Source: Tubiluchus corallicola (Eukaryota; Animalia; Priapulida). Taken from it: a stretch of 64,000 nucleotides of DNA. Made by a program: the position numbers and the translations under genes. The DNA is taken from contig JAQGDQ010000141.1 in NCBI GenBank assembly GCA_030141605.1, positions 310,001 through 374,000 on the forward strand, in the 5' to 3' direction. Under the pieces are notes generated by a model. The model worked only from the letters and a program-made list of their open reading frames with translations, had not been told where the DNA came from and ran no database searches. The number at the start of each line of letters is the position of its first letter. The first letter of the stretch is position 1. Below, one piece after another: positions 37,881-49,995 of the stretch.

Positions 37881-38714
37881 ATGTATAATTCCCTGTCAAA
37901 CAACATGAATGTGCTAACATCACCAATATCATTACTGCACAGTGTTGACCTTAAAACAACTTCTGTACCTCCATCCGGCATGCCTGATCATACATACACT
38001 TTTAAGAATACAAATTTGGAAAATGAAAATTCTGAAATGTGGCACTGTGGTTCTCCCATGATTATGGACATAAGTGATGGAATAAAAAATGGAAAAGAAC
38101 CCAAATATATGAACTGGAACATTCAAACTGACATGTGGAATATTGGGCAAGAGTTGTGTTTGAGCACTGAAAAACATAATGGTTCTAAAATAAAGATTGA
38201 AGATATGGACATTTCACCTGTTTTTGTTAATAACAGGACACCATTATCACAGTTGACCGCTAAAATGACACTGTGTGATTCTGATCATAATTATAGTCAA
38301 AATGCTGTGTCAGACATCGAAACAAACTTTACGCTAGAAACAGCAAGAGTGATTGATCCAGATAAAGGAACGGATCATAGCTATGCGTGTGGTGATTTTT
38401 GCTTGACATCGATAATGGTCGGTGCTGACCACTGTTATAGTCGTTCTCTGGAAGCAATTATCGCATTGCCACCCCACAAGACTAAGGCGCTGGCTCACGT
38501 GCAACCGCTGGCTTACACTCAGTGGCCAGATATGAGACTGACTGAACATAACTATAGCAGTAATCAGGAACTAAATCGTGTGCAAAGCATGGAGAGTTTT
38601 GTGGCAAACATGGCTAGATCAAGATCAGAACATTTCGATCATAGTTATAGTCATAGTCAGACAGAAATTAAACAAGAGCCTGGAAGTCACAAAAGCAAAT
38701 GCACCACACGTTAA
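37881..38714 (+). CDS. Uncharacterised 277-aa protein with six [D/E]HxY (HCF-1-binding-type) motifs and two SUMO consensus sites
   Basis: Long ORF in AT-rich DNA; strong acceptor TTTTTTGCAG at 37779 with the frame open back to it, so the N-terminus may be longer; motifs DHTY, DHNY, DHSY, DHCY, EHNY, DHSY; IKIE and IKQE. Confidence 0.7.
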   Translation: MYNSLSNNMNVLTSPISLLHSVDLKTTSVPPSGMPDHTYTFKNTNLENENSEMWHCGSPMIMDISDGIKNGKEPKYMNWNIQTDMWNIGQELCLSTEKHNGSKIKIEDMDISPVFVNNRTPLSQLTAKMTLCDSDHNYSQNAVSDIETNFTLETARVIDPDKGTDHSYACGDFCLTSIMVGADHCYSRSLEAIIALPPHKTKALAHVQPLAYTQWPDMRLTEHNYSSNQELNRVQSMESFVANMARSRSEHFDHSYSHSQTEIKQEPGSHKSKCTTR

Positions 38715-39439
38715 ACAAAGTCTTTCATGTTGTGATTACAAACCTGATTATCGATGATTGAGTCTACATCGTTTTTTTGTCTTTCACGTAAACAAAGCAT
38801 AAATCAAATTATAATTCATTTATCCATCAATGATAATTCAATATTGGCCTTGCAAAGATTTACTGATATGTGGTAAAAGGTTAATTATCAGTTTTATTAA
38901 TCAACAGTTTTTGTCTTGTTATGTAAAAAACTTCCTTTTGAAACTGTGCCAGTATCTTGCAGTCCCCTTTTACCTTACTGGTCAACATGAAAAATATTTG
39001 AACTAATGTTTGGACTATGGATGAGTGAAAATTAATGAAAGGAATTGTGTTACTTATATAAAATTTACTATGAAAATGCTTTAATGGTGTTCTATATGTT
39101 ACACCTGCTTGATGCTGCACAGTTTAAAAGATTATGTACGAAGTCCAAAATTGTAGTTCTCAATGCACTTGGAGGGAACAAAACTAGTTAACTAGATTGT
39201 GGCAAGCTTAAAGCACAAGAAAATAGTCCACTTACATAAAGCTTAAAAAAATTCCTCTTGAAATTTTATACCACTTATATACTGCTTTTCTGCATATTAG
39301 ATTTGCGTCGGCAATAATGCTGTATAAATGTAAATTTAAACTCCCGTGATGACTGTAAGACACAGCTATTTTGCCGTTAAGTCATTTGAAACAAGTTAAA
39401 ATAACATTGTGTAAAGTTTGAAAAAAATAACAAGGCATT

Positions 39440-39876
39440 TGTAGCGCACACATCACTAACTAAATAAAATTTAAAATGACTCTATTTTGTCAATAAGATT
39501 AAAAATACATTTTTGGTTAGTGTGTGATGCACCCTAGAGGGTGAGTCGGCAACATTTTACCAATTATTGGTGAAAGCATTTTAAATAATAACTTTTTCTA
39601 GTTATGTAAGTCTTTCAAGTAGGTGAGCGAAATGCTAAATAATATATTTTTCATGAGAAGTTTTTTGGGACATAGTTTAATGTTTACTTTTCTTGCCCTG
39701 GTTTGTGTTGTGCATACGTGATGTCATGTAATGGTGCCGTCGGAACAGTGTCACGGAAATTTAAAGTGAAAACAAAAAACTCCTTTCACCGCAAGTACAA
39801 GGTACACATAAAATTGCTATAATGTAATGTAATTTTTTCTGAAACCTACTTAAGTTACCCCTTTTTTGTCCTTTAA
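39440..39876 (+). repeat. Second copy of the 985-1437 dispersed repeat
   Basis: Colinear similarity, ending in GTCCTTTAA. Confidence 0.65.
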
Positions 39877-41281
39877 GGTCTTGACGAATTTTTAGATTAT
39901 AGGTGAAGTGCTGTACAGCAAAGTTGCGGATAACTACACAATCCAGTTATAACATTAGAATAGTTTCTTGAAGTCCCATGTAACCCTGAGACAAACTTGG
40001 AATTATCGACATAAGCTTTGGCTGAGATTTCTCTAAACCACTATCTCTTGATTTAGTGTATTTTCAGTCAACAAATATCGCTGCAATCTTGTGGATGTAT
40101 CTATAGGGGCTTGGTAAAGGGTGCCTTTTCATTTGGTGAAAATGACAAGCTGCTTATGCACTGCATAACACGCAGTTACGCTTGAATTTTTATATTTCAA
40201 CCAAGTGAATGTTGCACCACTATTTGCGCAAAGTCGCCAACATAAACAGCTTTAGCAAAATGGAGTTACTCTTACAGACCTCTGGTGGTAGGCACCAGTT
40301 GGGACAAAAATTTGCAGGGTATCTGTGTTATTGAGGTGTTTAGTTTGGTGAAGTGACGTTATTATTATATAAGAATAAAGTCTTTCTTAGAAGATATTTT
40401 TTATTTATGCGCGTGATAATGTATAAGGTTAGTACAAAGACATTGTTGAAGAACGAATTGTAAGGGTCAAAAACTTACATAATTTTATTGAATGTAGAAA
40501 TCATTACATATGGGAAAAGTATACGCCCATTATAATTCATAGTAAACAGTAAACTAAACTATTATCATCATGGCCATATATCTTAGCACGCATTTCAATG
40601 GAGTATCGTTAAATCATAGATTTGAGTAGCTTTCTGCTGACCTAGAATTAAGCCAGTTTTTTTTCAGTAACTTGCCAAAGGCCAACAGCATCTCTCCTGA
40701 TCTACTCAGAGCATCAACTTATACCGAAGTCACAGAGCCATTTCTCTTTGCATTTCTGCTTTGCAAACATCTTGTTTTCGTGACATCAGCAACTGCCCCG
40801 TCTCCCAACTTGAAATCTCCGTGATGTGAATAGCTACATTTCCATAGCTTAAGCTGCCATCTTACCTTACATCTAGGGCAGGCTTGATCACAAGATAATG
40901 GGCATAATAAGTTCTAGTATCAAATATACCTAGCTTATAATAAATTTACATCAACTCTCCAATTACATATGGCTAAAGTTTACAATTCCCCACAAACAAG
41001 AAGTTAATTCATGAAACAGATTAGTCTTAGGGTTTGGTTTATAATTAGGGCTAGGATTGGATTAGGGTTAGGATTCGGTAAGGTTATTTAAATTGTATGC
41101 GGGACTGTAAACTCCCTTCCTAAATATTATCGATAATTTCTGCGATTATTTTCTGAGTCACATCCGAATTCGGTCTCATCTATATGTGATGGTCCTTCAA
41201 AATGCAGCTCAAAACTCTGTAGTATTTAGTGACCCGACAAAGCAGCAGTGCGCATTATTAAAATGCGCAAACAAAGAAAGT

Positions 41282-44200
41282 ATGGCTTCTCTCTTGGAAT
41301 CGTTTGAGCAGCAGTATGGTACATTATCTGCAGAAATTACAGCCAGAACAGGGCAAATTTCAATACTTACAGGCGGTAAGAATCAAAATACTAATATTTT
41401 TATGTAATTTTATATCTTTTTGGCTAAGATTGTGTAATATGTTGTCTAATGTTATATTAGAACAATAATGAATAAGTTGTCTAGTAATATAGACATAATT
41501 ATATTATAAGTTACATATTGTTTTATCATAACATTGAGTTATACGTATATGATATTCCGGATTATGTTTCTTCCAATGTAAGAATGTTTGCAGATGTTGT
41601 TAAATTATTTAGATAAATCAAGTCTCAGTTTATCTGTGCTTCAGCTTGACTTCGATTATGATCAGACATGGTCCAGTGACTTTTGCAGCTGGAGCCTAAG
41701 TATAAGTGTGAATTGTTATATATGAGAAGTCTTGCCCCCAAAAGAGGAGTTCAAGACCTTGTGCAAACAAATGTACAACTACTGAGAATCATATAGGATG
41801 TTGCAGTGGACATCATGGAATTTAGAAAGCAACAAATAAAGACATAAGTGGAAAAAAGTGGTAGTATGTTGTGCCTCACACCTACAGAAGAGTGCCTGCC
41901 AGTTGCTGGTAGAGAGGGCGCTGTAATCACCTCAATCGTGTTAGTTAGAATTATGCAATTAATGATCAAACAGTCCGTGAGGGTTCTAGTTTTTAAGACC
42001 TAGCAGTGATTGCGTCTAATGGTTTGAAGTTTAATGGTCATATTGCTGAATTAAAGAAGAAAGCCAACAGATGTGCTGGTAAAATAAAGCAAATTGTAAT
42101 CAGCAGAGATTCTTCTATTATTTAGCCTTTATGCAAAATTTTGGTCCATTCATTTGTTGTGGAATATACTGCTGTTTTATGGTCGACGTGGTATGTTATG
42201 CATATTTACTGATCTGAAGTAATTCAGAAGAGTTGCCCTTGCTTGGCATGTGATATTGATTTATTGTCTATGTCTTTTCTAGACAAAGACATAATACTAT
42301 TTATTTGGTAAATGCATATAAGATTTTCAAAGATAAGACAATACTGCGGTCAACTGATTTCTTTTTTGTGATATCGGCTTCGGTGATATTCTGTTGAACT
42401 TTTTTGGCCTAGTGTTAGAACTAATGTATGAAAACATTTCTATTTTCATCATGTGCTTTGTTCATAGCACATGAATGTAAGAGCTTTGGAAAACTTAATT
42501 AAGCTAAAAAGTGCAATGAGAGTGGTGTACTCAATGCTAATTATAGGTTAGCATCACTAAACCCTAACCTGGTATAGATTCAATTTACTAATTCATATAA
42601 TATCTTTAACAAGCGTAAGCCAGACACAATGTTATGATGAAAAACTCATTTACTGTACATTATTTCTCATAATGTCTCAAATGAAATAATAAGTAACATC
42701 TCCAAATGTTTTTCCTGGGCAACTGATTAACCCACATTTTCTTAAAATTTTTAGCCGAGAAGAAGACTGCTGTACATGATGTTGAAAAGCTGCTCGAAGA
42801 GGCAGGAGAGCTGGTAAACCAGATTTTTAATTGATTCATTTACTGAAATTTTATAATTTTTCCAAATCTGCTGGATCCACTGTTAAGTACCGCATTAAAT
42901 GTGTTAGCTGTTAATTAATGTTAATAATGTTTTTTTCCAATTTGCCTAAATGCCAGATTTGCTCTTAACTTAACCTGACCCGAACTCCTGTCTTGATGCC
43001 ACTGAAAATAATGCAAAGACTAGCCTAGGCTAGCAGCCCAAGCTTGGCAGCAAATTTCGTCTCACTGAGCCTTTCTACACCACCTCAATTCCAATCTGTA
43101 TTTTCACAAATCGCAATAATCTGATTTCTGCTCAATGTCTGCCAATAGGACTACCAATGTTCTACCAATAGGACTAAATGTTATCTTTGATTTGTAATTC
43201 TGTTGAACTAGATCCGTCTGTTTTTTTTAATTACAAGTCATATGTACGACATCTACTACTTATGATGTTACAATCAAAGATTGAAGTCCTAGCTATAGTT
43301 TTGTGATCATTACTGGTAATGCCAGTGGAGGATTGCAATTTTATTAAAGGTGCCTATGCAGACAAACATACAGTAAGTCCTCCATTAACGATGCTAATGC
43401 GTTCCAGCACAATGCAACGTTAAGCAAAACGTCGTTAAACGAAATCAAAACTTCCATAGGAAGTAATGTAAACGAATTGAAATACATTCCAGAACCAAAA
43501 ATCAATGCATCAATGCTACTTAAATCATATAAAGTAAACATTTTATGAGTTTTATTCATATTTCTACTGATTAATTTCTTTCTGTTTGCTTGAAACCACC
43601 TATCTTTCTTACCAGTAACTATCTTGACTTGCTAGTGATTTCTCCTCCAGTTTAAACACTGCATGTTAAACACTACACAGTGAAAGCCAAGCTCTGCATG
43701 GAGCGACCTTGAGACAATTTCATGTAAAACTAATCTGCTTGTTATAGCAACCGGTTATGGATGAAAGTCCTTGGCATAGTGTCAGGTGTGTCGCTTGATA
43801 TAAGTGTGTTGAATTTAGTACGTAGTCTGTCGGGAAGAAAAACATTATAATAATTGCACTATTTAGGTTACTAATGCATTTTTAGAACAGAATAATGCAA
43901 TATGTACCGTTTTAATGCTTCAAATTAGGTAAAAAGCTTTGTTGACAAAATAAAAATGGCTGCAAGCAAAGGAAACAGTGCGTCTTTAAGTGAGAAAGAG
44001 GGGTCAAATTTTCAGCGTCGTTAAAACGAAACGTCGCTAAACGGGGAGTCATTAAGTGAGAAAAGGTGCCAAATATTCAGCGTCGTTAAAATGAAATGTC
44101 GTTAAATGAGGACGTACTGTTCGTCTTTTTGTTTGTGTGCTCATTCATTTAGTTATTATCTCATTCACATATTAAATCTTGCTAATTTACTGTACAGTTT

Positions 44201-47200
44201 ATCAGATTTTTATTTTTATCATTTATTGTTTAGATGATGTGAAAACTTTTATAGCGAATTTTACATTTGACGTGCTTTAAGATGAGAAGCAGTTTTTTTG
44301 TTGATGCTTGATTAGGATCATTGGACAAGTGAGCAAGAAGCACCAGTTGAATAAGTCAGAGTCCTGGTTTCTAGCATCTGAATAACAAATCTTCATTTCA
44401 AATGGATGCACACAGGCCGCAAAAATCCATTGTTCTAATTTTTATTTTCAAATCTTTGCATTACTTTGAAAGGAGTTTACAATTCCTCTCACAATTTAGA
44501 TACTCTAACGCTTATCAATTTCAAGAACTAGTTTCTTGTGTGTGGGGAATTGAAAATTTCAGGCATTACTTTTTTTTCAGTGAGTGTAGACTAATAGAAA
44601 AGAACCAAAATGTGCTGTCCTAAAAATGTTTTTTATGTACTGTGGCTAAATAATTCATAAGCATTTAATCTGATGAGGAAGAACTAGCACATGTACCTGA
44701 TTCAATTTATTATACACTACAGCTTGAACAAATGGAATTGGAGGCTCGAGATGTGCCGGAAAAAGACAGGGAGAAGTATCAAAACCGAACAAAGTCTTAC
44801 CAAGCGGAACTGAAACGTCTAGAAAAAGAATATGTAAGATGATAAGATTTTTTGCATACTGAAGTAGACTGTACTATCATTGTAGTAATGTGGGCATGCA
44901 GGTTTTCATAAAACGATTGTAGTTAATGATCTAACCCTTTCACTAAGGAGGGTAGCACACTGCCGCCTACGTTTTTCTTATAAGGGACGGAAGATGGCAG
45001 AAGTCGCCCGAGCGCAGTCCCTCGGGTCTGTTTATTTCACTGCTACGGCAATGCAGAAATATTGTAGAAAAGTTTAACAGCTGTGGGATTGGAGTTGCTT
45101 CGCAACAAGTAACTCTAGCCAGCCAATCAGCATCTTGGGCCACAAAATCACTTGCAGATTTTGGTGAAACGTATGTTTATTTACCTGTTTTGTATTCTTA
45201 TAAAATAATTGCGTATTATGGCTTGGTAATATGAATATTGTGAAAATTGGCTTCTAAATATAAGTATGTGCTTATTTATGTGGGCTGCATGTGCGTGCAT
45301 GCACGAGTGCATGTATGTGTGCACATATGTATAAACAAAATTAATATTCAATATTTGTGTTTAATAATAAATGGCTATTTGTTTATTTACAAGATTCTGT
45401 TTAGTAACTTGCCACAAGAAGTTATTGTTAAATGTGCAAAAGTCAATGCATCTCAGCTAAAAAGCAATTACATAATCAAAGGGTTAAATAACGTTGTGCT
45501 TCATGACATGTGTATTATAATTTATAACACTAATTTGATATTTTAAAATTGTAAGGCAGTAAAACACTGAGTCACATTTATCAGCTGTATTGCTGTTGGT
45601 TTGTAAAGGTGGCAGATTACAAAGATTTAAGAATTGAAATGGGCCATGGGCTAAGACCCCCTTTCTGCACATTGAGGGGTAGTGGTAATTAAATAACTTT
45701 CATGGAAAGTACTCATTAATATAGAAAGTACGATTTTCTTTATGGAGCATTCTGCATATTAGTTGTGTAAAAAGTGACTGCATTTACTTTTGTTTTGCCG
45801 TTTCAGTCAAATGTTTTCAGAAATTGTATTCATTTTATGTTTTCATTTTTTAAAATTATAATCATAACTGTAAACCAGAGCATCGAAGATGCTGTAGGAC
45901 CCCTGATCCTCATTTCTGACACCTTGAGGATCTTGATGTTTGTTCACAAATTCTCATAGGCAATAACGATATGCAAAGTGTACTAATTTTCCAGCTGTGC
46001 CCCTGTTCAAATAAGGTCAAATGGTTTTTTCATGTCCAAATTTCATGCAGTACAGCTGGTGTTTTCGGTCACATTTGGCAATTTCTACCTTTGTCCCAAA
46101 GTTACTGAATGCCATTCGTTCATCAATTGTCTGGTAAAATAGATTTGACATTTTGCTGGACCAAATCTGTCTTTAGAACACTACAATTGTATTTGTTCAA
46201 AATCCTAGATGCGCCCTGCCTACCTCCGTTAAGAGAGGGTTACAGTATCTTTGTCAATGCAGTGATTAATATACCCAATATTGTATTGCAAAATGAGATA
46301 TATTTTAAACTGACTTGTGAAGCAGTTTTTTCACCACATCGCTGCTTATGCTATAAACTTACTAATACTACGTGTGCACAAGTAAAACTAATCTCCAAAT
46401 TAGTATCATATCCTTAAAAAATCAATTTCACGAAAAGTTAGGTGAAAGTAGAGTTCGGTGACGTGACCGTAGTACCTGTGATGCTGTATTTGCATTTTTG
46501 TTTATTTATAGAATCGAGCAAAAATAAACTACGGTGATTCTCCAAGAAGCCGTGATGAACTGCTTAATTATGATGATTCTAATGAGTCTGAGGATCAAGT
46601 ATGTTTTCTATACTTAAGAATTTAAGATACAGGTAAAGCTGCATAATTAAAATGGAAAGAATTTATGCGGAAACAGAAATTTCAAGCTCTGCGATGTTTA
46701 ATGTTTACTTGTTAGTTCCTTAATAAAATTGTAATAATAAAATGAAATATTATACACAATAATTGAGAATTATTGTTGTTTGACTTGGGGAATTTTAATT
46801 GTTGCTTATTAGATTTTAAGCATAATTTTTCTGTCAGTTTGCTTGTAAATGAAAATTTCTTTCTAATTAATTAACTTTAATAAAATGTAACTTTATTATT
46901 TATTCACAGAGAAAAAGATTATTAGATAACACAGAAAGATTGGAAAGAAGTGGCAGACGGTTAGAAACGGGATACGCCATGGCTGTAGCAACTGGTAAGT
47001 TGCTTATTCCTCATGAATTGTCTATCGTACAAAGTGCTGTTCAGTAATTTAATGTCATTTTTGCATTCCTTAATGGCTAAGTCAATATATTGATATCTTA
47101 TCTATTTAATAATCAAATTATTAAATAATCCAATGCTCAAGTAGTTCTGTTGACATGTCTTGCGCCGATAGGTACAAAATAGTGAGACGACAGAAAATGA

Positions 47201-49995
47201 AAATCAAAATTGCTTAAAAAGGAAAACTAGATCCAATCTTAAACTATAGCTTCAGCCAATCTAACCTATAAAATATTGAAAGAAAACATACTATTTTTTA
47301 AAGAACAACTTGTGTAAAAGAATTATTAACACAGAAACATAATTTCGCATTCGCGCAGCTAATTATTCATTGTTACGTGCATTTCGCCATTCTCTAGTTA
47401 GACGAGCACTAGCGCCTGTATCCATGAACTGCGCTGTATAAAAAATAAATTGCCGTACAGTTCATTTCAGAGGTGTTCAGTCGTGATTTAGTGCAAACGT
47501 TCAGACATGAACTGAATGAACAATGAACTTGAAATTTGAATTTCAAACTTAAAATTTGCTGAGTTTGTGTATCACACTGAATGTTTTACAGTAACGCTGT
47601 ACTTCAATTTTCGCTTTTAAAAACACATGCAACACACTCGTGGAGTTGTGATATCATCACTGGTTTAGCAAGCCTGCTGTTAACTAAGTCTTTAACATAT
47701 TAGTTAATTATCAGAAATACTTTGTTGTTATAATAGGTGTTAAAATGTAAAATTTTACCGTATGCCAAAATGGGGTGTGATATGAAAAATCATAGCGTTT
47801 TCCTTTAAATTGTTATAAATTGTATAGTAAAATTCCAGGTATAGGCATCATGAATGGCTGCTTTGATAATAAAATTAAAGAATAGTTTATTAAAATAAAT
47901 TGAGCTGATGAAACTATAATGTTTTGTTTGCACTTGATCTTCAAAAAATATTTGCCATTTGTTAATAATATGTAGGCATAAAGTTGCTTGGCTATAGACT
48001 AATGACTGTTGTGTTGCAGAGGGTATTGGTGCACAAGTTATTGAGGATCTCCAGTCTCAAAGGGAAACTATTAAACGTACAAGAGATCGGGTAATTTGCA
48101 TGGCGTTAGTAGTATCTAGATAATTGTTAAAATTAAAATGCGGCAAAACTAAGTAAGATTGGCCACTGCTGCTTTCTACTTCGAGGTATAAACTCATGTA
48201 TAAGCTGCCAAACTGGTAAGTGCAAATTGTTTTTAACAAAAAAGTTGTGTGCAGAATGGTGGCATTAGGGAAAAACTTGATAGTCCACCCAAAATAAGTT
48301 TTTTGAAGTTATTTCAACATGATAATTATTATTTTTCAACGTAGATATTTTTATAAAAATGTAATTATGCTTATAATATTAATAGTACAAATACAGTCAA
48401 CCTCGGCTATAAGGTACTCGCTTATAAGGGACCACCAACGCCAGTCCCGATTTTTCGTAACATTTTTCCTATGCAAAAATCTTCGTATATAAGGTACTCG
48501 GATATAAGGGACTTTCGGTTATAAGGGACGATATCTTCAGGTCCCTTAGATAATAGAAACCGAGGTAAATTACCTCACATATAAGGGACCCTATGATAAA
48601 AGCGAAATTGATCGATTTTTAATCTCAATTTTTCTCACACTCGGAATTCGAACAGCTCAGTTTCCTCGGTCACATACATCTCGCATCACTGAAGGAGCTT
48701 TCTACATACCGTTTGCACTGAATGTGTAGCAATAATCCATAAAAATATGAGTAAAAGTACAGAAAAGCACAGTCTAGATACACCCTCTGACTCAACTTCG
48801 GCTATAAAGGACATCGGATATAAGGGATGGTTTTTTTCGGTCCCGAGGTGTCCCTTATATCTGAGGTTGACTGTATTTTAAATGTTTTTACTGTAATTTT
48901 GTATTTTTTCAGCTCAGAGAAGCAGATACTGAATTGGGCCGCAGTTCCAGAGTTTTAACAGGCATGCTGCAGAGGTTTGTACCTTAGGTATATCATTTAC
49001 TAACCATACCCTGCATGACTAATTAATGTCAATAAGACTATTCAAAAATAAGACTACTGATCTGCATGTTTCAGGATTTTCTAACTATAGTCGCTTTAAA
49101 ATCATCTGTCAAACCTCTTATGCTGACCATGTTGTTAAGCAGACCCTGCACAGTTCAACAATCTTATCCGATGAAGTGGTTTAATGTTGTTAAACGATAG
49201 TTATTGATAAAGATCCCATATCATACAAAACTGTTACGAAAAATTCAGTCAAACCTCTTTATACTGCCTACTTTCGAACTGCAGACAAAGTTAGCGTTAA
49301 GAGAGTTTGGCATTATAACGAGGTGCACAAACACATACTTGTTTGTGCATATTGTTTGCCAAAAATAAGTGTGTTAAGTTATTTTGGCACGATAAAGGGG
49401 CTTATAAAGAAGTTTGACCTGTAGTTTAATACTTAGTACTGTTATCGTCGATACCCAAGAAATATCGCACCCAGATCTTGGATACATGTAACTCTATGTG
49501 ATACCTACTTACATTTGAACTTCTTTTTAATTAACATTCTAAGTAACTTGACTTTCTAGGAAAGGATTCTAAATTTGTGTAGTTCAGACAGAAATTAATT
49601 ACTTAGTAAAGTTTGTCTTTGATTTAGCAGGTTTTTGACACTTGTATTTGACAAGTCGATTTTGTAGAAAAATATATTGAATTTATGTTACAGTGTTGTA
49701 TTCAGTTTGATAGGCAAAGGTTTTGACAACAAAAACAAAATCTCCAAACTTCATCTTACGTCATTTTATTTCACGTAAATGAAGGAATCGAGACGTTATT
49801 TGTCTAAATAAGAACAGGGTGTGATTTTACTTGAATCTGCTGAACTTGCAGTTTCTTGCTCAATACTCATTTTTGCTTTCTATTTTAATTTTCAGGGTGG
49901 TACAGAACAGAGTGCTGCTGATTCTAATTGGTTTGGTCATTTTATCTGTTATAGTAATGAGTATATATTTTACAACGAGAAGAAAAAACTCGTAG
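41282..49995 (+). CDS. VTI1A: Vesicle transport Qb-SNARE VTI1A
   Basis: Exons 41282-41375, 42755-42813, 44723-44833, 46512-46598, 46910-46994, 48020-48090, 48913-48974 and 49896-49995 give MASLLESFEQQYGTLSAEITA...LEQMELEAR...LLDNTERLERSGRRLETGY...LREADTELGRSSRVLTGMLQRVVQNRVLLILIGLVILSVIVMSIYF (C-terminal TM). All GT-AG, with consistent phases. Confidence 0.94.
41690..42520 (+). mobile_element. Decayed CR1 LINE RT 3' fragment in VTI1A intron 1
   Basis: Broken frames containing DLAVIASNGLKFNGHI..LKKKANR and a PFIVVEY-like segment, resembling the CR1 DLGV..D..LkF..HI / RP.LEY region. Confidence 0.55.
43371..44119. mobile_element. Tigger/pogo-like non-autonomous DNA transposon
   Basis: TIR CAGTAAGTCCTC..TTAACGA / TCGTTAAATGAGGACGTACTG; TA on the left flank; repeated CGTCGTTAA subterminal motifs. 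Confidence 0.7.
44931..45487 (+). mobile_element. piggyBac-like non-autonomous element (family of 14323-14902)
   Basis: CTAACCCTTT...AAAGGGTTAA ends; homologous to 14323-14902. Confidence 0.65.
47214..47808 (+). mobile_element. Most complete copy of the TTAA-bounded (Kolobok-like) repeat family
   Basis: Ends TTAAAAAGGAAAAC...GTTTTCCTTTAA; homologous to the 15088-15700 and 25030-25640 copies. Confidence 0.65.
48394..48873. mobile_element. Tc1/mariner-type MITE (family of 10059-10515)
   Basis: TA-CAGTCAACCTC...GAGGTTGACTG-TA. Confidence 0.85.

Noticed and set aside
40975-41115. Telomere-like GGGTTA runs flanked by TTTACAATTCCC / GGGACTGTAAA (ZNF143/THAP11-like motif)
   Set aside because: Degenerate; mismatches the ACTACA core and looks more like a small repeat relic. 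I cannot support a telomeric or regulatory role.
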